DNA from: Yuukianura sp. NJ FZ-2021
Lineage: Eukaryota
Length of the DNA stretch: 64,000 nucleotides
Direction of reading: 5' to 3'
Assembly: GCA_046563655.1 (NCBI GenBank)
Contig: CM102289.1
Location: 3,906,001-3,970,000, forward strand
Shown one piece after another: positions 35,934 through 49,894 of this stretch. The notes beneath the pieces were generated by a model that saw nothing but the letters and a program-made list of their open reading frames with translations, searched no databases and was not told the origin of the DNA. The number at the start of each line of letters is the position of its first letter. Positions within the stretch are counted from its first letter, which is position 1. Position numbers and translations under genes: made by a program.

Positions 35934-38900
35934 TCAAAAAGTTGTCGTACGGAGTGAATTCATTGGCAACTCTGAATTGAGAAGAGTATCTTCTCCCTTA
36001 TCCTCTGTGCGAGACAAAAGATCCACACGGTAGATGCTCGTTTCATTATGAGTCAGCATGTTGTTATACTCTTTGTTGGCGGGAAGATTTGAAATTTTGA
36101 AAGGAAGGAGCAGTTCCTCTGCTAGTTCCGACTTGCCACTTCCTAAGGACGGTTGCGTGACCACCGCTTTTTTGGAATTTGCTGGAGAGTAGGTTCTGGA
36201 CGTGTGGTGTCCGTTTGGTATTCTGCCTGGTCCTGGACAAAGATTCCTTTTGGAACAAAACTGATGACTCTGTGGAAGATGTTGTTGCGCATTTCCATTG
36301 TTGTTTACAAAAAGACGGACGCCATTGACTTCGTACATGGGTCTAGCGTGATTCGAAGATGAGCTGGTACAACTGTGATTACCCGCACACATGCACTCCC
36401 CTTGAGACTTCCAACGAATTCGGAATCTGTAGGGTTGACTCCTACGTACAATCCACAAAAAAAATCATTAAACACAGTGAAAGCCAGGTAAACTTCCGAG
36501 ACGAAGGCATTGAAGGACATGCGAAAAGGTAAAAAAAAGTAAAATAAACTTTCACTTTTGAAAACCAATTTACCGCCAATTGTTGTTAGGAAGTTGAATG
36601 ATGTTTCCGTTGATGAGATTGGGCGTTCCTGGTGGAACTCTACGTCGAATGTGAAAGAGTCCATAGACAATTGGATTGAAGCAAGAGTTTGTCACGGCGA
36701 ATAGAAACAGGGCCTTCTGTATTCTTTGGTCGACTTTTTGAGCAGAGGATGGATCTATCCAGTACCTAAATAAAAAATATATAAAACAGAGTTTTCAAAT
36801 TGTGTAAAAAAAAAAGACAGCAATATTGCATTCCAGCTTCATTTTGTAAAATTCTATCTCCTAGATTTGTCAGAGACTGAGGCAAAGACTTTCATTTTCA
36901 GCGCTATGGAAAGGTGGCAATGTGTACAGACTGTAACCACCACGCTTTAACTTTGATCTTTGTGCTTCCTTTTCGTTCAATTTGAGTGGTTAGTCTATCA
37001 AGTGTGAAATCAATTAATTCTCGTTTGCTTAGCAGTAATAGTGGAATGACGGAAACAAACTAGGATTGAAATTTAATTCCGCTAGTGTCTTTACCACAAC
37101 ATGAGCGGCACAGCAGGGAACACAAGGTTATGGAAAACAAAGTTCGGTTCCCTACTTAGCCAAGTTTTGAGAAAGTGGATAATGCTAAGACTACGTTTTA
37201 TAACAAACCATCCTGTGCGGAATTAGTGTCGCATCAAAAATTAACCAAACCTAGCATAACGTTTAACATAACACTGGTCTAAAACCTCCGAAAACCCTTA
37301 CTGTCGTAATTTGAAGCCCATATTTGCTAAACGCATTTAAACACTAATTAGTCATGAAAAAATGTTTTTCTTTCTTCAAGTTTTTGTTATTCTCCTTTTA
37401 TCTATCATGGAGGCATCGTATTTCAAAACCCATTCAAAGTAGAAGTAATTACTTCCGTCGATTTGGCTTTGTTCGACAGATTTAAACAGTTTCAGCTTTC
37501 CCGCGCGTGGCGTATACATTCCCACGAAGCTCGTCTTTTTATATAATCGTAAATTTCATTAATTGACAAAACTGGAGTTTGATGAAAGACGTTGAAGTGG
37601 TTCTTGAACTGATATCCTCAAACCCTTCAAAAATTCAGCTACTTTGAAGTCAAGCTTTATTTAATTAAATTTAGTAGCTTCACTAAACTGGGCTCCATAC
37701 GTATAATTGATGTTGTTATACAGTTTCGCAAAAACTAAGTTACATAATATATAAAACGTGGCAACGTGCGTTTTCCTTTGAATAATTTTCCAAAACTTAA
37801 AGCGTCTAGAAGTTTTAGTTCCTCAAACTTGTACCGGCAGAGGAGATTGGAGCGTCTTTAGAACGGAAGAGAAAGACTTTCGCTACATTGTACACCAATT
37901 ATTGTAGGTTTGTAGTTGTAAAAGGGGCCGTGCAAAAACCATATTTATAAGATGGGACTTCAATGGACGCCTTCTTCAAATAAAACTTTGTGTCTCAAGG
38001 GACTCAGCTCTTTAGAGTCCACTTTTTCTTCACAAAGAAAAACTTTCTCACACAAACTTTAACATTAGAAAGAAAAGAATAAAAGCGTGCTACAGGAAGT
38101 TAAGAGAAAGCTCCTGAACCATTGTAGGAAATCTGCGGAACCAAGGGAACATGAACTGCAAGATTTTTTTTTACATTAACAGCAACTTCTATTTCCTGGT
38201 AACCTACATCTTCTCAACTAAGTTGTTATGAACTATTCTTTGGTTTTACAAAATGTATAGTTTAAAAATAGTAATTTTGAAATGCGCAGTTTTAACTGAA
38301 GCACAGTGTTATTCACATTTCACAACCACAAAACAGTGAAATGAGTTTCCATAAGGTTGCGTGTTAACTGATTGCGCTCTTTTGGATTGCGCTCGAATTT
38401 GTTTTTGAAGTTTGCCAACAAATTCCCGTGTTGCAAGGTTTACCATGTCTTCCTCCTCTCCAAAAGTTTCTACCTTCGAGTTTTTCTGAAAAATGCAATT
38501 TGTATAAATGTAAGTTAAGGCGTTAATTAATTTATTTTCTGACGGTTTGGTTTTTGGCAATTCCCCAAACTGGATCTCCCTTTTGAACGTTTCGAAACCT
38601 TAAACGAAACCCAAATGGGGAACAATTTTCAAAAATTCAGAGAGAAAACGAATATCCTCAAAGACGTAAACTGACTCTTAGAATGTCCAAAGTTATAAAG
38701 TTTTCGAAAACTTATAACATTTGCGACAACATTTTTGATGCAATATGTAACACTTCGAGTAATCTGGAAAAAGTTGCGTGTTACTTGTTAAAAAGAAAGT
38801 ATGAATGGATTAAATGAAACGAAAAATGCAAGTACAGACGCGGGTTTTTTCCTCTGAAAAAAACACGACAGGATTTCCATTTTCGAATTACTAGAAGGCA

Positions 38901-41900
38901 CCTCAGTTACTTGCCTTACATTTGCTTCCCTATATATGTCTGTTATTTCAATCCAAAACACGTTAAAAGTTACTATTATTACAACAAAGTTACACTGTAC
39001 AAGGTCCTATTCCACTGTAGATAATGTCTAGCAAGTCTTTGTAACCACCAACAATTAGTATTTGAGTCTTTTAGTAGATTTAATTACTACTTTTCTGGAT
39101 TTAGTACTTACCAAATGCTCATGATATTGTAGGGAGCCCAGCAGCAGACAAATGTAGACACTATGACAACTGTCATTTTCAAAGTCCTCACTTTGGCTCG
39201 TCCTAGCGTTCCTATGTTTGATCTTCGGATGTCATCACCTAGCAATCACAAGTCAAAAAATACAGCGAATGTCACTTCCAAAGAATCCCACAACACAAAA
39301 GTCTCCGTTTTCGAGAAAAACTTCATTTTCCTAATTGGAAATTGCGCCTCTGTTATCTGTTTCAACTGCTGAAAGCCATTTGCTTTAATTAACTTTTTCT
39401 TTGCTTTCTTCCTTCACCTTGTTCAGATTTTCTTTGTGTTCCACGTACTAAAAAAAACCCGTAATTTATAAACTTCCAGGAATTGCAGCATTTTATGAGC
39501 GAATTTTGAATACTTAATTGTTTATACTGCTATTATGAAGTACTTGTGGAAATAATCTTTAGCTTTCAGTAGCTAATTGATTCCACTTCATGTAATGGGT
39601 AAGAGAGAAATTAGTGCAAATATTTACCATAAGACATGGGGGCATATTTCCCGGAATTAATTTGTAAGAGGTGAAGAGATATTAGGGTTATCCTTGGAAA
39701 ATATAATAAATTTTGAACTTTGCGCTAAAATTCTACTAATGAAATACATGAGGAATTTTGAAGTAACTTAAGGCAACAATACTTCAAAAGAAGCTTATCA
39801 GTTACTCTTTACGCAACAGCATTAATTGCTTTGGATCATTTTGAACTTCGACCGTTGCCTTACCTCTTCTGTGGATCCGATGGATATTATAAATTTCTGA
39901 GAGGATCCACGAGTAGCAATAGATGATCATGACAAGTGGGAATCCGAACATAACTGCACAACTGAATATGGAGTAGCCCACTTCGTAGGATTTGGATGGA
40001 AAAAAGTTGAATGTCACACATTGTTCGTACCATTTGAACTTCGGATGACGCTCCACGTGGAAGATGGCGGCCTTGGAAAAAAAGAAAGGATTCTCATCTG
40101 AGACAATAATGAAATGTTTTCTATAAGAATCTAGCATAAAAGCAAATTCTATTCTACTTTCTATTTATTTTACACTTCAGGGTTAGAAAACGCTCTTTTC
40201 TTTTAGTTTATTTTCTTTTGAATTGTGCACTTTGGGGTAAAATTTAATCAAAGCTAGAATCCTATTTTAATGCAATATGTCATTGTAATTCTCAGAAAAT
40301 ATTAATGTGAAAGGTTTCTGTTTGAAATCGGATTGACATTTACATCAAAGCAAAAATTTCCGGAATCAACAACAAAAGAAACCTAGAATTCACAATGTAA
40401 TTAAGAAAACAAACGAACTGTATTATAACAGTGGCATAAAAAAAAACTCAGAAAGTTATTAAAATAGACAGATCAAATGAAGGGTGACGTGCCCTTTTGA
40501 CCTTCGGTTTTTACAGAAGTATGTGGTTATTCCTATCATTCAACGCTCCAGCCTTTGTCATTATGGCCACTTATTCCTACTAACTTCCTTTAAGATTACT
40601 ACTCCTTTTGATCAATCTTTCTTTGATTTCGTGACATGAAAAGAAAGTTTTAGTTCCTTCACTCATCAAGTTCAACTTTGTAGAAGATAGAACTTAATTA
40701 GCCATTATGGATTTCATGATAGATACTTTTCTCACAGCAAAATCATTGAAGTCTTACACCTTCTCATCTTCTATCCTCATAAGCTGTAATTGATTGCATC
40801 GATTTTCTCAGATTTAGGAGGAAGAAAATGCTTACTTGTGGTAGGCTAAAAATAACGCTGCTAATCCATGCAGCCGCTAGCATCATTCTGCCTCTGTGAT
40901 TTGCTTCCGGAAGAGTAAGGGGTTTGAGGACTGCAAAATAACGATCCCAACTGATGCAAACCAAAAGAAGTCCAGACAGGTATAGCCCAAATGTACGAAA
41001 AAAAGATAGCACGCGACAGGCCAAGTCACCAGCAGTCCAGTAGACAGTGGCAGCCCAACCAATCTAAATAAAAGAAAGTAAAAAAAAGGAAAGAAGAAAG
41101 TATAGAATAGACTGATTAGGTTGGCCGGGAAACGAAAGGATGTAAATTCGGTTTCAGAGGAAAATTCAATTTGCGATTTCGTCTCTATGGTTATATAGTT
41201 CACTTTTTTTACTGTGCAGTTGCTCGTATTAATTTTTCGAGTGTTGCCCTTAGAAACTGCTTAAGTTGAAGTAAGGCAATCACTTCCACATGTATCCATA
41301 GCTACTCGATCGTTCTGCGTATACTTATTTTGTTTATTTCAAAGCAAAATTGAGAGTGCTTTCTATTAGTCTTCATCTCAAGAACTATCATTTTCGTGAT
41401 CCGATTGTGAGCTTTCTTCCTAGTCGTTAATAATTGGATTGATCGGATTGTGAACAAATGTAAATAGCTAAATTAACTATACTCTTTCGAGCGATACAAC
41501 ATGGCTGTTTTTCAAACAAAAATTGAAAAGTGAACGGTGAAGGTCAAATGTGAAAGGCCACACAGGGGTGGATTAAACCTAATTGACATACATTGACACT
41601 TCTGTTTGTTATCGCAGGTCTCCTCACGGCTGACCATCATATTTCTTTCTCTGCATGAACTCTTAGGTTTCGGAATTTTGGGAAAATCAAAATACTCGGT
41701 AAATGGTATATCCTATTTTAGGAAAGAAGTATTTTGTGAAATAAGGCCTTACATGTTTTCCGTCAACCTAACAGGATTCTAGGAGTGACGCTTGAAAAAT
41801 ACAATTACAACTACACAGTAAAAAAAAGAACTTACAATTCTCATATCAGGCATGTTTGCGACACAAGACAGTGGAACGTTTAGGTGGTTCGGTTGGTTGT

Positions 41901-44584
41901 AAATATAAATGCTAATGATTTTTTTCACGCTGAACGAGCATCCGGAAAAAAGTGTGGAATTGAATTACAAAAAAAAAAGGCGGTAGGAAGCATTTTTAGA
42001 AAAATTCTTTGTTCTATTCTCCAAAAACGATGAATTTAAGAATTTAGGAGAAAGTAGAATGAAAACTTTCGCTGTCGCTCAAGTTCTTTTTTTTGTTTTG
42101 TTTTTCTTCATTATAGCTCGAGTAAGTCTTGTTTTTCTACAGAAATTGCGTAAATTGAAACCATAAGTCCGCAACCTTTGTCAGGATACAAAGTTTAAAT
42201 TATTCAAAACTGAACGACACAAGTTTTTAAACTGTTTTCTACTTTTTCTTTTCTTTTTTTTGGCAAACACGTTTTTGCAACTGGAGTACCTGTTGCTTTT
42301 ACACAATTCCATGAAACGAAAAATCTAAAAAATTCATTCCATCTTGAAAATTGAATTTGACCGGTGAAGAAGGGAAGATGAATGTGGAAACACTCTTACT
42401 TCTAGTGGCATCAGAATAAACGTTACAATAAGATCTGCAATGGCCAAGTGAAGCAGAAACAGGTTAACACGTCCCAGTCGAGATCGAAGATGAATTCTAA
42501 AACAAAAGAAGAACGAAAAGATTTCGAGTAACAAATCTTTGTTCAAATAAAACCATCGGCGTACATATATTATTCAAATAAATTGCGAGGCAGCTCTAGT
42601 ATTACTAGGATACCACACTATGTTTCACGCTCTCACTACAAACTAGGTTTGGCTCTCCGTGCTACGCATCCATTTCCAACAGGATGAGATTGGAACACAG
42701 TGGTTAGGTTAAACATTGCCCGGAAACGCCAGCACTTTCAACTGTCACATTTCTACAGCTTAACGAATATGTTAGTGTAAGTCGTAAACACGCTCGACTA
42801 CGCGAAAAATGTAATACGCAATGAATCATTTTCTAACCCCAAGACCGCCAAATAAAAACTAAAACCTCCGCTCATATTCAAATTATAGAAAAATAGTAAA
42901 ATATTTTATGCTTGCGTTTTGCTAAAAAAGTTTGTCGGAGAACTTCAAATTCAGAGTTTTTGGTTGGGAGATTTCGCACGCGTCACATTTATAGTGAAGA
43001 TTTTAATGCTTAAAATCTTTGTAATGGAATTTTTAAAACAGAGTATTCTCTTCTACACTTTGGAAAATATTTTGTCTTTCTTATGCAATCTTTCTAGGTA
43101 GCTATTTTAAATCATGTGAAACCACTTACGTTAGTACCTTTACACAACCCCTCAAAAGTTTTCCAGCCCTTCAATTTACTTTGGTGATCCTTTGCTATTA
43201 CTTTTGAATTTTGATTTCTCTTCAGCATTTGGAAATAATAGAATCTTGAAAAACGTGAAAGGAGTTTGGAAAGAGCCTTGCCAAAATTTAAAATTCCCAA
43301 AGGAATGTAAGGAATTGGAACCGGGTTTGCTGTCAAAGAGATGAAGAAAGGAATAGACTTTGAGCTGGCATTTTGTCATTGTGATTCTGATGATGATGAT
43401 CTTTGAACGAACGAGGCAGAATGCAGATTAAATAAATCAGAACGCATGCAAAACCATGAATACCATTCTAAAATTCAAAGCTTTTCTCGGAGGTTTCACA
43501 AGCTTTACCCTATTTACTATGTGTCTCTTTTTCATTTTGATGAACCCGAACTCAAAGGCATCTCGTTGCTTTGAACGGTTAATGTAGTCGAACGCTTTTG
43601 ATTAAAAGATCAATTCTATTTGGGTATTACTTTCGTGAGGCTTTACGCTCATTTTTGACTAATCGCTGCACTCTAATCCTGTATTACGCAATGAAAGCAT
43701 ATTTTGCGCATTTTGAAAATCCTTTTCATAGGCCCCTTTATTTTAGAGGTTGATGGAAGTTAAATCCCAGAAGTCGGGTACTTCTGTACGAGCTACATAC
43801 ATCTCCTTTTTCAATTATGATGCAGCGGAAGATCAGCGATGCATCGGTCCATTTAGTACCAGTGTGAGTTGCTCTGATTTAGATTAGATATATTCAAATT
43901 CTAAATATATACAACTAGTGTTAAAATTGAGTTTATGTGTATTTAATTTCTAATAAATCTAATAAGCAGTTATTTTCTTGTTCACACAAGTATACTGACG
44001 CTTTATAAACAGTGTGAAAAAAACCAAATCAGTACGAAGCATAAAAGAACTGCAAAAGTTTTACGAAAAAATAAAGGAGAAGTTAGGAAATAAAATTCAA
44101 ACCTGATTAGAGTGACGAAAAGTGTGACATTCCCGATTGCAGCAATGAAGAATAGAATGGAGTACACCACAATGGAAAGTATATGACCCTGGTTGAACTA
44201 ACATAAACATAAACAAAATTAAGGTGTTGCATTTTCAATTAGTTTGATCATTTATATTCCAACACATTAATTATACTCCAACCTTTTCAAACAAACACGG
44301 AGTTTTATCAATGTAAGTTGTGGAAATAATATAGTAATTTCAAAATGTGTTATTCAGAGATTCGAATTTTATAAATCGACGTTGATTTTCAAGTACGGCT
44401 TTGTGGCGACCAATTTCTTAAAGAATAACGTAAATTACAAACATATTGCATCTCAGAAATATTTGCAAGCGTAGGTGAATGTTAATAAAATAATTTAGTT
44501 AAAACTAACCTGCATTTCGATTGGAAGATCAAATTCAGTGCCATCTTCTAATGTTGAAGCGTTCTGAGCAGTCACGTGACTCAT
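35934..44584 (-). CDS. AkhR: Adipokinetic hormone receptor (GnRH-receptor family), ~509 aa; exons 44584-44510, 44197-44103, 42496-42400, 41063-40836, 40071-39864, 39238-39112, 36765-36574, 36441-35934
   Basis: DLPIEMQFNQGHILSIVVYSILF, LLHLAIADLIVTFILMPLEIGWAATVYW, FHVERHP...YEQCVTFN, LGRAKVRTLKMT, WYWID...KVDQRIQKALFLFAVTNSCFNPIVYG. All splice phases close (1530 nt). Confidence 0.88.
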
Positions 44585-47500
44585 TTTACTTTCGTGTCTA
44601 AGCGACTATGATTGAAACTTGAGGTCGATTTGCAAACTCCACAACGCAATAACAAGTCAATAAAATAAACCACTTTTTTAAAACAGCTGAAATATAAGTT
44701 GGTTTAAAAAAATATTTCCTCAAACAGAATTGACTTTTTTTCTGTACCACCGTTAGCTATGTAATTTGAGAATCTTGACTCACATTGACTCAATTTTCAA
44801 AAAGTAGAAAGAAAAAGCCAATGAAATCGTTGTCCATTGGATACTTTTGGTTTGTGAGTAATGGTGAAAGTAGTCGAAGCACGATAAAACAGGAAAAGCA
44901 GCGTTACCAACACAGTTTACCACTTCCAAATTTTAACACTGTTTTATACGTTCAAAGTTTTAAACTTCCACACTGTTTCCCAGGAAATCATTTCTTCTTT
45001 TCATCTCTTTTGTCTTTTACACCATTTTCCACTTCCGCAAACTCTGAAACCAAAAAAGAGAAGACAGTTGATCATCGTCTGTTGCTGTTTACATGGACAT
45101 GGCTTTTCCTTCTGGCAAGGGTAAATTTCAGTGGAGCGTGAACTTTGACACGGAACATACCAAATCACTGAAGATACATTATTGACCCTTGTCTTCCATT
45201 GATCCTGATGCTCACTAATTCAGTAGAAAGACTTAAGGTTGGGATGTCGCTGTAATTAACAGCATTGAATTAAAGTTTTTCAAAATAAAGCTTTCAAAGG
45301 ATTCGAGTTACACAAATACTTTACAGTTGAGCCTGTTCTCCTTTTTTCTGCATTATGTTTCGAGTATTAGAATTGCTTTTTGACCTGTTCGATATGAAAA
45401 CGTATCAAAATAAGAAAAAAACATTGAGATGTTTAATACACGAGGTTCACTTGATTTCGTACACATTATTAAAACATATTCACTTGATTAATGCCAACTT
45501 TAACATTTTCTTAATGAGACATGCATATTTCGTTTTTGGAAAAAAAAGTCAAAGCAACTCTGCGAACTGGTAAGAGTTGAATTGAAATTAACCTTTTCTT
45601 GATGTTGTCCCAATTTTGTCGTAGCTACAAAAATACTTTCTTTTTAAAGAAGCTTTACTGCTACATATTTAATTGGGAACAGACGTGATCAAGCTTTTAC
45701 TTGTTAAACGAGATACGGGCAAACAAAGCTTTTTTTGAAGTATGGCATTTTCAAAATACTTGTTTGGTTGGCAACGTCTATGCAAAACTAACGTTAGAGA
45801 ACTTTCATTTCTTACAAATTAGAGGAAATGTAAGGATTTACTTTACTCTGGTTCAAGAAGCGTTCACTCTCCAAACCTTTTGTGTAAAGCACTGTTGCGA
45901 CTGACTTGAGCCTTTTACAAATTAAAACCGAACAACTTGGAAAGGCTCAAAATTTAAAGGAGAAGTTTCTGTTAAGAGAGGAAAGTTTAAGAATGCAAGT
46001 TGTAGTACTTTGATGTTTTGAATATCAGAATGCTCTGGATAAAGTGCAATAGATCTTCTATGCTAAATTTTATTATGTGTGTAACTATATAATAATTTTG
46101 TGCTCTTGGCTTTATGAGAAATGTATTAAATTTTTATACGTATAAAAACGTTTTAAAAATTTAGAATTATTAAAAAAATACAATTATCCAAAAGCTGAAA
46201 GAAATTGAGGATCGACGAGTTTCTTCGTCTGGAACTGCATTCGCACCTACTTTCGGTTAACCTTCTCTCATTTGAGATTGATAGGACGTTAAATACGTAA
46301 GTAAAAATATTCAAAAAACCGCTTTCATTTTTCCTTATCCGAATTCTCAACGAAATCCTTCATTTTCAAAATTAGGAAGTTCGGAGAATCATTCGGAGTT
46401 TATTTTTTCTAACCCAGACTGCTTTCAGCATTTCATCTAAAAGTTAATGGAAAATGTCAAAGTAAACAAAATTAGAAACAAAAAATTTCTTCAAAACAGC
46501 CTCGCTCATTTTCTGCTGTCGCTGTCACAAAGCATCAAAATTAAAAAAAAAACTTACCAACCTTGTGCCTAAAAGCTTCCGTTGAGCTTGTAAGCTTCAG
46601 TTTTTGAAAAACTCGACTGATGAAAACATAAATTGGTAACAATGTTCTAAACGACTCTTTAAATTCAAATCCAAATGCCTTTCCTTTCCTTAAAGTTATC
46701 TTCACTGAAGTTTCAAAAAATAGCTACTGCGTTCCTACAAAATACACGTCGTTGCACGTAAATAGTACTTCCCAACAAATCAAACCTTGAGGGTTTGGGT
46801 TGTGTTCCAATCAACCATGGCTTGAAATTGAAACTTTTTTGTTATTGGCACAGGGCACACCATTGCTGGACACTTTGAGTGCTTGGTGCTCTTGGGAGAA
46901 ATGGCTCGTTTTTCACGCGGCACTTGGGGTAACTGGGGAAAGTAAAACGAAAGTAAAAGGTGGAGAAAGTTCTGGTGAGCCTGGAGCACTTTCCTTGTCA
47001 TGCCATGTGCACTTACAGTTCTAACATCCTCTCTTTCACTTCAAACTTTACTTTAGTGAGTCTGAGGCTGAAACTGGAGACAGTACCAAAATCTCTGAAT
47101 TAAAGAATACATTCGTTCTGGTTTTCATTCAAGAGGAAGCATGAATAGTGAGATATGCATTCAAAACATAGAGACATTTTTCAAGTTAGGTTTTCTTTTT
47201 CAAAAACCTCAAAAATTCCTCAAATGGACCATGGATTCCGATTCCACAATTCATCAATACTAGTTAAATACACCAACGGATCATATAAACGTGTTCTACA
47301 TAACTGGCCTCAAATATACTAACAATAAATGACAGTTATAACTAATTTACGCACAGGTTTGTAAATAATTTATGTTCAAATGCTATTCAAACTTTGAATT
47401 ATAGAAAATGAGACCGTAAGAGAAGCTTGTAAGTTGAAAAGGGCGGAATTTTGAAAACCCAAAATACATTTCGCTAGACACGGGCATTACATATTCATCA

Positions 47501-47782
47501 TGTTGTCGTGGCTTGCTTTTTTCAAAATTATGGAACCAAATCGAACTGAAATTACACGGGGAGTAGAAAGTATTGAATTCAAAACTTTACGCCTTGTACT
47601 GTACTTTTCGTGTGGGTTGTTCAATTCTCTAAATATATACACCCATTCTTTGGTACCAACCAATTAACCAGTAAAAGTGTAAAGGCTCTTACAGGAACGC
47701 AACTAAGTTTTTTTTTTTTTGCGTAGGCGCTGTTTTTCATTAACTCCACACACAATGTAAAAAATGATGTCAAATTAGATTC

Positions 47783-47967
47783 ACTAGACGGAACCCGTGA
47801 TGCTTACGCATCACCAAATAGCTTGAAGCACTAGGTCATACCTCGGGTCAAACGAAAAAGCTAGTGGATTTTTGACATGAAGGAAGGATGATTTGGAACA
47901 TTTTGTATGTATGACCTAGTGCTTCAAGCTATTTGGTGATGCGTAAGCATCACGGGTTCCGTCTAGT
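47783..47967. repeat. Perfect 59-bp inverted repeat (67-bp spacer); each arm resembles a Helitron 3' terminus
   Basis: 47783-47841 is the reverse complement of 47909-47967; arm ends gtgatgc-gtaa-gcatcac-gggttccgt-CTAG|T. Confidence 0.85.
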
Positions 47968-48755
47968 TGAATCGAAAATGTATTGTCGAGGCTGGGGGGG
48001 CAAGCCCCCCCAGACCCCCCCCCCACTTCTTTTGGTTTTTGAGTTGAGATGGAATTTTTGAAAGTCTGTGCTTGGAGGAGTAATGTAAAAGGGACACCCC
48101 AGGATCGTTCCACTCTTCCACACAGAGAGTTTTTTGCACATATAGTTTGCATGGCCATGCTATTAGCATTGGCCGGTCGGTCGCGTCGTCAATTAGAGTA
48201 TGATTTCATATACAGGCCTTCCTTCACTTTCCCCTTCGGCCAAATTTTTGTTGTGATGAAGCTCTACTACAGTACCAAACTGAAATATTAAAGACTTTCC
48301 AAACTCTGAAGCTATTTATTTTTTTTACATGCTTCATGATTTTTTATATGGTGAATTTAAAAATGAGTGTGATGACATTCACATAATAAAAGCGTTGTTG
48401 CTACTTTACTACAAAGGAAACAAGTTTAAATGAACAGTTTCAATTTTTCAACAGAAAAAAAATGTAGCAATTTTGTACCACAAAAGTCATGTCGAGTCAT
48501 GACTTAAGAGCATCAAGTGGTGTATTTATACTGGAAGGTAAACAATGTACGAACATCGACTAAGTACGTTTGCTATAGAAAAGTGGACGTTGCTGATGCT
48601 TCCTTACATCAACTATTTAACAAGCTGTAGTGACCACTTCCAATTCCAAGACACTCACTCAGTCAGCGTCATCGAGGTTGTGGTCTTGGTTGAATTGCGC
48701 AAAGATTTCCGTTGTTTTTGTTTTGCGTCAAAAGCAACTATCATCTAAAAGCAAC

Positions 48756-48931
48756 GGTTTCATGTGATTTGGTCAGAAAGTGAAAAGATCAAAAGTAAAA
48801 TGATCAGAAAAAAAAGGTCAAAAAAGGAATGAATGTAACCAAACCTAACCTGAGATCTTTTGAATTCTGACCTTTTCACTTCTGATCATTTCACTTCTGA
48901 CCAAATATTTCTGACCATATCACCTGCTACG
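48756..48931. mobile_element. Degenerate 176-bp MITE of the GGTTCCAGG...CCTGCTACG type
   Basis: Starts ggtttcatgtgatttggtcagaa, ends ttctgaccatatcacctgctacg; repeated ggtcagaa/tctgacc arms; central aaccaaacctaacct; TSD not preserved. Confidence 0.7.
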
Positions 48932-49894
48932 CTAGCGCACACCGGTATACCGGCAAGGTCAAGGTGTAAACAAATTAAAAAAAAACAAAAGAAAGAATAA
49001 GGAAGCCGGTTTGGCGGACCTTCTTGGAAGCGACTTGAACAATGTTTTAACGAAAGTGTAAACCCATTTCTTTTAATTAGATATTTCCAAGATGATGAAT
49101 GCTATACCTGCTAGTATTATAGTAACCACCACTCTGAATGAACACCTCGCGTAGAGAAGAATACCTAACCCTGTAATGACGTTTAACGTTTTGAAATGTA
49201 GGTGGCGGTAGGTTGCAATTAGAGTCAACTATTGTACCTACACAAGAATTTTCGCGCAGTAAGATCATTACTACACATTGAATCAAATGCAACGTACACT
49301 AAAATTTATTCTAACATTTTTCCTATATCTAATATCTATGTACAACACGGTAAAATTAGAGCATTGCACATTTCCAACCTGTCGATGACTTGTGTGTAAG
49401 AATGGTAAGCAAATTGCACGTTTAAAGAAGAGACAAATTGTTATTGCTACCAACAATGAAAACGTTGATACGGCTATAATTATTCCGGTAAGTTTTTGAT
49501 TTCAAACAATGAAAATCAATGTTCATACTGCCGTATTTGTAATATTTGTTTGTAGACTCAAATGTTGACTGTAATATTACTTCTAGGAACTAGATACACG
49601 GATCCTATATAGAAAATCAATCAACACTACAGATGGAACTCTAATTCACGAATCTGTACCTATCCCCACTAACCTTCATCAATTATAGTTTATTAGAAGT
49701 AATCGAGTCTACACAGACGGAAAATCATTTTCTATAATAAGATAGAAAATTGCTTGCCAAAAACCAAACACAAAAGGAGTCTCGTAGTCTTATGCAGCAC
49801 AGTTACTAACAAATATTTAGTAATAGAAAAATAATAAGGCTCTGACATATCTACTGGAAGTTTTGCCTCCAATGTTCAATATGGAAACGTTCGG

